Shown here: piece by piece, positions 57,170-64,000 of the stretch
Layout: the number at the start of each line of letters is the position of its first letter
How positions within the stretch are numbered: the first letter of the stretch is position 1
DNA from: a virus
Reading direction: 5' to 3' (one strand)
Virus record (IMG/VR): IMGVR_UViG_3300017917_003742
Coordinates: 11,160-75,159 of that record
DNA: 64,000 nt
Made by a program: the position numbers and the translations under genes
Notes under the pieces: generated by a model
What the model saw: the letters and a program-made list of their open reading frames with translations, nothing else
What the model was told of the DNA's origin: nothing
Database searches by the model: none

Positions 57170-58168
57170 GTGGAATTGCCTCAACCATATGTCATAGATA
57201 AAATCTATTCATACTCAACAGATATAAGAGAAACAAACTCTTATATTAATGGATGCTGCCCAATTTGCCGAGAAGGCAAAAGTTGGGGAAGTAAGAGACG
57301 AATGTTTTATTTTTTGAACGAAGACTACATCTATTGTCATAATTGCAACAGAGGATGGAACACCTTTTTTTGGGTGAAAGAAGTCACAGGATTGAGTTTT
57401 AAACAAATCAAAGAAGAACTTAAGGATTATGATTATGATCCTAAATTCCGATTACTTGTGGATGGCTATGAAGAAAACCATTTCGAATTACCGTCTTTAC
57501 CGGGAGAGTGTGTAAACTTAAAAGACAGTCTTCAAGTAAACTATTTCAAAGATTATCCTGCTGTGAAAAAGGCAGAAGAGTATTGCCATTCTCGTCGTTT
57601 ATTCACTGCGAAAAATGCACCAAAAACTTTCTATTGCTGTGTAAATGATAAGTTTCATGGCAATCGTTTAATCATTCCGTTTTATAATTCATCTGGAAAA
57701 ATCGAAAGCTACATTTCTCGTAAGCTTTTAGATTCAGACAAGAAAGCAAAGTATCTTGTAAAGTTTGGTAGTAAAAAACCGATCTTCAATCTTGATAAGA
57801 TTGATGAGAACTATCCTTACATTTTTATTTTTGAAGGTCAGATAGACGCTATGTTTGTTAAAAACGGAATTGCGGTTTCAGGAATAGTTCTTACAGATGA
57901 ACAAGAAGAAACATTAACAAAGCTTTTTCCGTTTCATAACAAAATATGGGTGTTGGATAATTATCGCTTTGAAAAAGAAGAAGTGGTAAACAGTATAAAA
58001 GAAAAATTAAAGAACAACGAAACAATTTTCTTTTATCCAAATGATTTCGCGGACAGCAAAGACCTTAACGAATATTGCGTAAAAAAAGGTCTGGACTTTG
58101 TAAATCCAGACCTTTTAATAAGTGGTAGTTTAAAGGGAGATAAAGGAGTTATGGCGTTGGGAGAGTAG
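57170..58168 (+). CDS. gp61: DNA primase
   Basis: CPIC...K.R...CHNC zinc finger, RLIIPF, KY, EGQIDAMF TOPRIM, LDN, KDLN. Confidence 0.93.
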   Translation: MELPQPYVIDKIYSYSTDIRETNSYINGCCPICREGKSWGSKRRMFYFLNEDYIYCHNCNRGWNTFFWVKEVTGLSFKQIKEELKDYDYDPKFRLLVDGYEENHFELPSLPGECVNLKDSLQVNYFKDYPAVKKAEEYCHSRRLFTAKNAPKTFYCCVNDKFHGNRLIIPFYNSSGKIESYISRKLLDSDKKAKYLVKFGSKKPIFNLDKIDENYPYIFIFEGQIDAMFVKNGIAVSGIVLTDEQEETLTKLFPFHNKIWVLDNYRFEKEEVVNSIKEKLKNNETIFFYPNDFADSKDLNEYCVKKGLDFVNPDLLISGSLKGDKGVMALGE

Positions 58169-58676
58169 AAAGACCGCCGCCTAATACCTTTTCTTCTTCA
58201 CCGTCTGCTTGACGCTCAATTTCTTCCGCTTTCTTTCTTAATTCGTCAGCTTCTTTGAAGTTTTCAATCTTATTAAGAACTTGATTATATTTCTTAATCA
58301 TTCCCGGTTCATTACGAACAAGGTCAGCCAAAATACCCATGTCGGAATATTTCTGTCCAATGTCCAATTCCTTTGTTGATAAATAACCTTCAAGGTCGGA
58401 AAGGAATTCTTCTGCTTTCTTAATAGCGGAACGTTTTTCTTGTGGTGTTGCACCGCTGATCGAGGTTTCACGGTCAAAAAGGCTCTTTGCACCTTCTACA
58501 GAACCCTTTGGTTGTCCGTTGACTGCTAAATCCTTATCAAGCTGTTCAGGGTCGGTTTCTGCGTCTGCTAGACCCTCTGCACCAATGCCGTCTGGAATGT
58601 CGTATCTGCTGCCTGCACCGAGAGGATTGTTAATTGCTTCAAGAAGCAATTTGTTGAAAAAATCGTTATAGTTCAT
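58149..58676 (-). CDS. Acidic late protein
   Basis: TAAATA 6 nt upstream; N-terminus MNYNDFFNKLLLE. Confidence 0.7.
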   Translation of the reverse strand: MNYNDFFNKLLLEAINNPLGAGSRYDIPDGIGAEGLADAETDPEQLDKDLAVNGQPKGSVEGAKSLFDRETSISGATPQEKRSAIKKAEEFLSDLEGYLSTKELDIGQKYSDMGILADLVRNEPGMIKKYNQVLNKIENFKEADELRKKAEEIERQADGEEEKVLGGGLSTLPTP

Positions 58677-58695
58677 ACTTAATATTTATTCCCGC

Positions 58696-58724
58696 TTGAC
58701 ATTTTTTGCAAATCCTTGTATAGT
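58696..58724 (+). promoter_or_regulatory. Promoter TTGACA-N17-TATAGT, 6 nt before ATG 58731
   Basis: Read directly. Confidence 0.8.
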
Positions 58725-58730
58725 AAGGGT

Positions 58731-59471
58731 ATGGCCCGAAAATTTAAAATAATCATTCCAACACAAAAAAATAAAAATGAATATAACAATTCAAGTACTA
58801 ATGAATGTCTAACATCTATAGTAGTAGATTCTACAGTTCAGAAAAATTTAGATATAAATGTAACAGTTCAACCAATTTTAGAAAATAAGACTGGACTTTC
58901 AGAATTATATCAGAACGTTCTTAATGAAAGTGAAGATTTTGATTATGTATTGTTTATGCATGATGATTTAGAAATACATGATCATTTTTTATTCAAAAAA
59001 CTGTTAAAAGCACATGAACAGTATGACATTGTTGGTCTTGCTGGTGCAACAACTCAAGACTACTCTAAAAATGTTCCGATGGTATGGCATCTTTGTCGTG
59101 AAAAACCTGAACACTCTCGCGGTATTGTAAGTCACTATATTCCACAAGGATTTAATGGAGTTTCAGAAACACATATTAATTCTGCATACTTTGGTCCAAC
59201 ACCCGGTCCTGTTGTTGTAATTGATGGCTTGTTTATGAGCTTCAAAATGTCATCCTTAAAAGGAAAGGGTGAAGTTTTTAATAGAAACTTCACATTTCAT
59301 CACTATGACATGGGAATGTGTGTAAATGCTAACGACATGAATTTAAAAATTGGCGTATGGCCCATTTTCGTGTTACACTATGGTCTTGGCGAATTTGCTC
59401 ATGACAAAACATGGCAGAAACATGCTACAGAATTTAAACAACTATACGAAAACAAAAAACTATCAGTATGA
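58731..59471 (+). CDS. GT2-like glycosyltransferase (Glyco_tranf_2_5-like)
   Basis: LFMHDD, VGLAG, IDGLFM, FHHYD..C, V.H...G. Confidence 0.8.
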   Translation: MARKFKIIIPTQKNKNEYNNSSTNECLTSIVVDSTVQKNLDINVTVQPILENKTGLSELYQNVLNESEDFDYVLFMHDDLEIHDHFLFKKLLKAHEQYDIVGLAGATTQDYSKNVPMVWHLCREKPEHSRGIVSHYIPQGFNGVSETHINSAYFGPTPGPVVVIDGLFMSFKMSSLKGKGEVFNRNFTFHHYDMGMCVNANDMNLKIGVWPIFVLHYGLGEFAHDKTWQKHATEFKQLYENKKLSV

Positions 59472-59830
59472 CACTTTTAGAAAAAAGTATATCAAATATA
59501 GACGAAAATTTTTGGTCTAAAAAATTAAAAGATAAGACGTTTTTTGGTTATTGGAGACGAGAAGAATCAGCTAAATCAGAATTTCCTTTTCCTACTGAAT
59601 ATATAGATTTTAATTGGGATGTTGAAGAGAAACAAAAAATCATTTCAACTCTTAAAAATGCTAAAGTGTACGAATCTTGGATGGGTTGGTCTAATTGTCG
59701 CTTATGTGGCATAGTCAATGGATCAAGATGCATGATATATAACAATTTAATTTTTCCAGAAGGTCTAGTTCATTATATAGAAAAACATTTCGTCAAACCT
59801 CCACAAAACATTATTGATATTATTTTATGA
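59468..59830 (+). CDS. Hypothetical protein
   Basis: GYW, G.S.CRLC...NG, PEGL.HYI..H.V.PP motif. Confidence 0.65.
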   Translation: MTLLEKSISNIDENFWSKKLKDKTFFGYWRREESAKSEFPFPTEYIDFNWDVEEKQKIISTLKNAKVYESWMGWSNCRLCGIVNGSRCMIYNNLIFPEGLVHYIEKHFVKPPQNIIDIIL

Positions 59831-60231
59831 AAAACTCCTCAGACTTTGCCAGAGACATTCTATCTACAAGAACTCATAAAGACATTCTTCCCTGTGATAA
59901 CTTTATTCCATACCTTGTTCAGAAATATGTCTCTGGTGCAAGTCCAGAACACTGTAATTTAATCAATACAATTCTTAATGGAAAACTTTCTCTTTGGAGA
60001 GATGAACAAGAAGTTTATGATTTCTTGAAATGTTTTATTCCAAAGAAAAACTCTGCATACTTCACTTATTTTGGTAAAAAGAAAAAAGAGAAGGAGACAA
60101 AGGTTGAAGTTGAGCGAATCTCTTCTGCTTTAGAAATCTCTCAAAAAGAACTACTAGAATTGTTAAATTTGTTTCCTGAATTAGAAGAAAGTATGCTTGA
60201 AGGTAAAGAAAAGATATTGAAATCAAGATAA
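59827..60231 (+). CDS. gp62: Clamp loader small subunit
   Basis: F.PYLV.KY.S, YDFL...IPK, ...IS.KE. Confidence 0.7.
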   Translation: MKNSSDFARDILSTRTHKDILPCDNFIPYLVQKYVSGASPEHCNLINTILNGKLSLWRDEQEVYDFLKCFIPKKNSAYFTYFGKKKKEKETKVEVERISSALEISQKELLELLNLFPELEESMLEGKEKILKSR

Positions 60232-60251
60232 GTGTCCTTTAAATAAAGGAT

Positions 60252-60707
60252 ATGTCAGAAGAAGCAGAACCGTTACAACCCTTACAACAAAACAATATTT
60301 CCGCAGCAATCAAAAAGCTGTATAAGACTGAAAGAATCGTAAACTACGATTTAGATTTTTCTAAATGGGAAGTTAAAAAGTTATACAATAGTACTCTTTG
60401 GATTCAGCTTATTGATGAACCAGATGCAGATACAATTCAAAAGGGATTACTCACCATTCCTGTTCAGCAAGCAAAAGGTCTTTATCGTATTGGTCGTGTA
60501 TTAATGGCAGGTCCAGATGTTAAACATGCAGCAGTTGGAGAATATATTCGTTTTCCTCAAGGCGTTGGATCACCATATGAAGTTAAAGTTGGTGGATACA
60601 AAACATGGCTTCTTCGTGAAGAACAAGTTATGATGGTTGTAGAACCTCCATTTCAAGACGAAGAAAAGATTCGTCAACACGTTGAAGACACTATCCTTTC
60701 AGCGTAA
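60252..60707 (+). CDS. groES: GroES-like co-chaperonin (gp31-like)
   Basis: G.L.IP, GRVLMAGPDV....VGE...FP, LLREEQVM.VV. Confidence 0.75.
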   Translation: MSEEAEPLQPLQQNNISAAIKKLYKTERIVNYDLDFSKWEVKKLYNSTLWIQLIDEPDADTIQKGLLTIPVQQAKGLYRIGRVLMAGPDVKHAAVGEYIRFPQGVGSPYEVKVGGYKTWLLREEQVMMVVEPPFQDEEKIRQHVEDTILSA

Positions 60708-60718
60708 TAAATATTTGA

Positions 60719-61267
60719 ATGGATAACCATTCACTTCAAAAGATTCTAGGAAACAATGTAGTTGAACTTACATTTGTCAGAAGACACGAAAAAGAAGGTT
60801 GGAATAACATAAGAGGTCTGTTAGGCACTACAAATTATGAGTTGCTTAACGGACCTTTTGGTTCTTCTGTTTTACACTTTCGTCCACCAAAAGGTGTTGG
60901 AATGGGGTATAATTATAAAGCTAAAAATCTTTGTGTTGTTTGGGACTTTTTTCGCCAAGAGTATCGTGTATTTGGTGCAGAGCAAGTTTCTATAAGAAAA
61001 GTGTTTGATTTAACAAATCAAGAAGAAAAACAAGTATTTTATGATTGGTTTTATGATTATATTATAAATATGAGTGAACAAGAAAAAGATAAATATATGG
61101 GATACGAAGGACAGGCATACGCAGCATTACAGAATGCTAGAAGAGAAGCCATACAACAAAAAGCAACTGTTCAACAACCTGAACAGAAACCAACTATTAG
61201 TAAAAGAGTTGCAGCAGTTTATAACAATATTAAAAATTATATTTCTCGTTTTTTAGGAAAGAAATAA
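60719..61267 (+). CDS. SH3/WYL-like (DUF2693-like) protein
   Basis: L..NVVELTF.R...R....TTN...VWD......R.F. Confidence 0.6.
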   Translation: MDNHSLQKILGNNVVELTFVRRHEKEGWNNIRGLLGTTNYELLNGPFGSSVLHFRPPKGVGMGYNYKAKNLCVVWDFFRQEYRVFGAEQVSIRKVFDLTNQEEKQVFYDWFYDYIINMSEQEKDKYMGYEGQAYAALQNARREAIQQKATVQQPEQKPTISKRVAAVYNNIKNYISRFLGKK

Positions 61268-61302
61268 GGTTGAAAACGCTTTTCTAGTTGTTAAATATCC
61301 TT

Positions 61303-61680
61303 ATGAATTTAACAACTTCGGAAAAAATCGAAAAAGTTTTTGAAAAATATTTCCAGAAAAATATATGTTTATCTATAAAAGATGAGACTATTAAAAAAGG
61401 AAAATTTTTGTTAATCAAAAATTGTATCATTGGAAACAATTACTATTTTGAACTAACAATTGAACGTGTCAAAAAACTAGATTTGGTTAGAATACCATAT
61501 CCATTTGGTCTTGAAGAATATCCCGAAGATAATTTACTATTTTTAGACTATAGACTTTCTTCTCTTTTCAAGAACAATAAAAAGCTATTGGCCGAAATGA
61601 GTCATTGGTGTAATACAAAAACTGACTCTAAAACAACAAATAAAATGTTTGATAACATTTTAGAAATCAAATTTGAATAA
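61303..61680 (+). CDS. Hypothetical protein
   Basis: TTGAAA-N16-TAAATA-N5-ATG 61303; IPYPF motif. Confidence 0.65.
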   Translation: MNLTTSEKIEKVFEKYFQKNICLSIKDETIKKGKFLLIKNCIIGNNYYFELTIERVKKLDLVRIPYPFGLEEYPEDNLLFLDYRLSSLFKNNKKLLAEMSHWCNTKTDSKTTNKMFDNILEIKFE

Positions 61681-61936
61681 TATGAACGAAGAAAACGCAA
61701 TTTATTTCTCTATATTCGGTGGATACATCTACGAGGCAAACACCGAAGAAGAAAAGGTTTTAGACGCCTTTCAAATTCCTCTTACACAAAGACCAAACTC
61801 TTCTTGTAAAAAATGTCATGGTAGATTTCATGTTGGTTTTAACGTAGAACAAAAACACTTTATTATCTGTACAAGTTGTTCAAAAAAATACCTTGATGTT
61901 AAAAAGATATTAAGTAAGAAGAGTGGGAAAAAATAA
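61673..61936 (+). CDS. Small zinc-finger protein
   Basis: CKKC.GR...C..C. Confidence 0.65.
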   Translation: MNNMNEENAIYFSIFGGYIYEANTEEEKVLDAFQIPLTQRPNSSCKKCHGRFHVGFNVEQKHFIICTSCSKKYLDVKKILSKKSGKK

Positions 61937-62234
61937 AATTATAAATGGCTTTTGTTTTATAAATGACGATAAAGTTATTTTCGTTGATCTTGTCACCGAA
62001 AGAACCGAAAAGTATAACATTTCTTTTTTCAAAAAATTCATCGAAGATAATGGAATAGATGAATTTTGTATATTCTTAGCAAATCGTGAAGGTGGATTTG
62101 TTACACCTCTTTACAAATATAAATTATTAACAGCAAAAAGTAAAACTCCTATCAAATCTAGTTCTCGTTCAATTGATGAATTAGTAACACTTTGTTTTAA
62201 AGTTTGTATAGAAATGTTTCCTAAACCATTATAA
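61923..62234 (+). CDS. Hypothetical protein
   Basis: 103-aa ORF overlapping the previous gene. Confidence 0.5.
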   Translation: MGKNKIINGFCFINDDKVIFVDLVTERTEKYNISFFKKFIEDNGIDEFCIFLANREGGFVTPLYKYKLLTAKSKTPIKSSSRSIDELVTLCFKVCIEMFPKPL

Positions 62235-63431
62235 TACTGTGCCAGTATTATCTAGAATTGCAAAATTAGTTTTAGGTATACCATCTACTGTATCAAAACT
62301 TCCTGATAAAATTATACGATCATTACTATCAACGGTAATTGACGCTATATAAGGACTTGTAGAACTGTTTGCTATTTGTACATAACCTATACCACCAGAG
62401 CCAAATGTTGTATCTAATGTAGATGCACTTATAGTCGAAGAAAGATTTGTGAATCGGTATACTCTATATACTATTGCATTAGGAACAGGATCATAAATTT
62501 TAACTGCTGCTAGTAATTTTTGAACTCCGCCATCATCATAATATTTTAATTTATGCGCCTCTAAAATAGAGACTAACCCCATGGCAGTTTGAAAACTTTC
62601 ATAGGTGGTAGAAGTCGAAGAAACAGTTGCAGGTAGTCGTATTAGATGTTTATTATAGGTTCCTGTTAATGCGGATGCTGCAATAACTTTACCATCATTT
62701 TGAACTTCTATATCAAGAACAATAGTTCCGGCTGGATAAATTGCTAGTGGTCTAAATGTGGATACTGGCGAACCATTAGATTTACTAATTTTAGCAATAC
62801 CTCTATATGAGGCTGATTTTACAGCAGTGAAATTTCCTCCTATAAAAATAACTGTACTATCAACAGGAGATGGTTTTATAGTTAAAACTGTGCTATTAGG
62901 AGTGCATGTGAAAGCCGCATTTAATAATCCGGTTTTATCATATGCCATGCATCGTGTTTTAGGTGTTGTGAAATCACCTCCACAATATATCTTATCGTCA
63001 ACATAAACTGCAAAAACAGTATTATTGGGTTGAGCGGAAAAGAAGCCAGATTGTGCAAATTTTCCAGCAGTTGCAGAAAGATTTATTACTGTAAGATATT
63101 GTGTATTTGCGAGGAAGTCTATGTTACCATAAGAACCACCGACTACAAATCGAAAATCCGTTCCATTACCTGCTGAAACAGACATAGCCGCAACTCCCCA
63201 AGTAGCATTACCTAATGTTGGTCTGAATGTAGGGTCTAAAACATTTGACGAATCCAATAAACCAAAACCTGTTAAAGTTTCTGAATTAACATTGAAAAGA
63301 CCGCCAAATAAAAAGTTAGAATCTTTATATGCATCATAATCAGAAGTATATACTTCCGAAATAGCCCCTGAAATAACTACAGGTTCTTGTCTATCAGGAA
63401 CAAAAAATGATATTGGAACGATTAGACTCAT
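62229..63431 (-). CDS. Beta-propeller (delta-60-repeat-like) virion surface or fibre protein
   Basis: Repeated GG.F, LDPTF/LDTTFG.GG, VQNDGK motifs; Ser/Thr-rich. Confidence 0.65.
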   Translation of the reverse strand: MSLIVPISFFVPDRQEPVVISGAISEVYTSDYDAYKDSNFLFGGLFNVNSETLTGFGLLDSSNVLDPTFRPTLGNATWGVAAMSVSAGNGTDFRFVVGGSYGNIDFLANTQYLTVINLSATAGKFAQSGFFSAQPNNTVFAVYVDDKIYCGGDFTTPKTRCMAYDKTGLLNAAFTCTPNSTVLTIKPSPVDSTVIFIGGNFTAVKSASYRGIAKISKSNGSPVSTFRPLAIYPAGTIVLDIEVQNDGKVIAASALTGTYNKHLIRLPATVSSTSTTYESFQTAMGLVSILEAHKLKYYDDGGVQKLLAAVKIYDPVPNAIVYRVYRFTNLSSTISASTLDTTFGSGGIGYVQIANSSTSPYIASITVDSNDRIILSGSFDTVDGIPKTNFAILDNTGTVL

Positions 63432-63435
63432 GAAA

Positions 63436-64000
63436 TTATGCGAAACTTATTAAATTGGACAATAATTCTTCTCCGTCATAGTAGTAGGATAATAAGTTTT
63501 TAGCACTAAGAGAAACGTCTAGGGCAGAATAATCACCTACAAAATTCCACAGATTTCCGAATGCTGTTAATGTCGAATTTATAGTTCCAATTTCAATTAT
63601 TAAATTACCCGTTTGACCCGCTACTAGTCCAGTAGGATTATTCATGACTGCATCACTAAACAATTCAAGTTTAGCATTGTTTCCAACTGTGCTGAAATTC
63701 CAATCTACTACTCCTGCATTATTTGTTAATACTCCTTGAGTTATATAATCATTGACAACATTTGCTGAAACATAATCTATATGAGAACTTAAAAGAGCGT
63801 CTCTTGTATCTAGATAATTTATAGTAAAAGCACTTGTTGTGCTTAATTGATTTACTATACTGCTGCTAGTGTTAAATATTTGTGTTCTCAAATCACTGCT
63901 TACAGAAATCATTGCAGAACTCAAGAAGTTAATTCGGCTATTTAATACCGAACTAACGCTAATCATTGTGCTGCTCAAAAAGTTTACACTATTAACCGCA
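63436..64000 (-). CDS. Tail-fibre-like protein, C-terminal part (open to the window end)
   Basis: The frame stays open upstream of 63978. 18-aa Ser-rich repeat (NFLSSxMISVSSxL) followed by a W...GN...L....NPT....GQ.G.L.I fibre-type domain. Confidence 0.6.
   Translation of the reverse strand, partial: AVNSVNFLSSTMISVSSVLNSRINFLSSAMISVSSDLRTQIFNTSSSIVNQLSTTSAFTINYLDTRDALLSSHIDYVSANVVNDYITQGVLTNNAGVVDWNFSTVGNNAKLELFSDAVMNNPTGLVAGQTGNLIIEIGTINSTLTAFGNLWNFVGDYSALDVSLSAKNLLSYYYDGEELLSNLISFA

Noticed and set aside
1-64000. Stop-codon reassignment as in some large phages
   Set aside because: Core genes are full length in the standard code, with dense coding; TAA, TGA and TAG all end genes.

Overview
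A 64-kb, AT-rich segment of a large T4-like (myovirus) bacteriophage genome in the standard genetic code. No tRNA, rRNA or CRISPR array was recognised. It holds the T4-type replication, recombination and late-transcription core (dda, uvsY, uvsW, gp55, gp47, gp46, gp43, uvsX, gp41, probable gp59, gp32, gp45, gp61, gp62, GroES-like). A minus-strand baseplate/tail module lies at 43.3-56.4 kb (split gp5, hub, gp53, gp48/54-like, tape-measure-like, two gp26 paralogs), with fibre-like genes at the right end. Accessory content: a dTDP-rhamnose operon without rmlC, NADAR, two free-standing homing endonucleases, and a ~13-kb island between gp47 and gp46 carrying split coaB/coaC plus about eleven glycosyltransferase or sugar-modifying genes. 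Best leads: (1) several small genes that look like degenerate fragments of virion hallmark proteins (a Gol-region and a P-domain piece of the major capsid protein, a motif-dead terminase ATPase fused to a GIY-YIG nuclease, a portal-crown-like peptide), possibly decoys against host pattern-recognition immunity; (2) a genome-wide leaderless promoter architecture, with -10 or late boxes 5-7 nt before start codons; (3) a promoter-driven structured non-coding RNA at 747-996; (4) the CoA/glycan island. All homology calls come from motif recognition by eye; no database searches were run.
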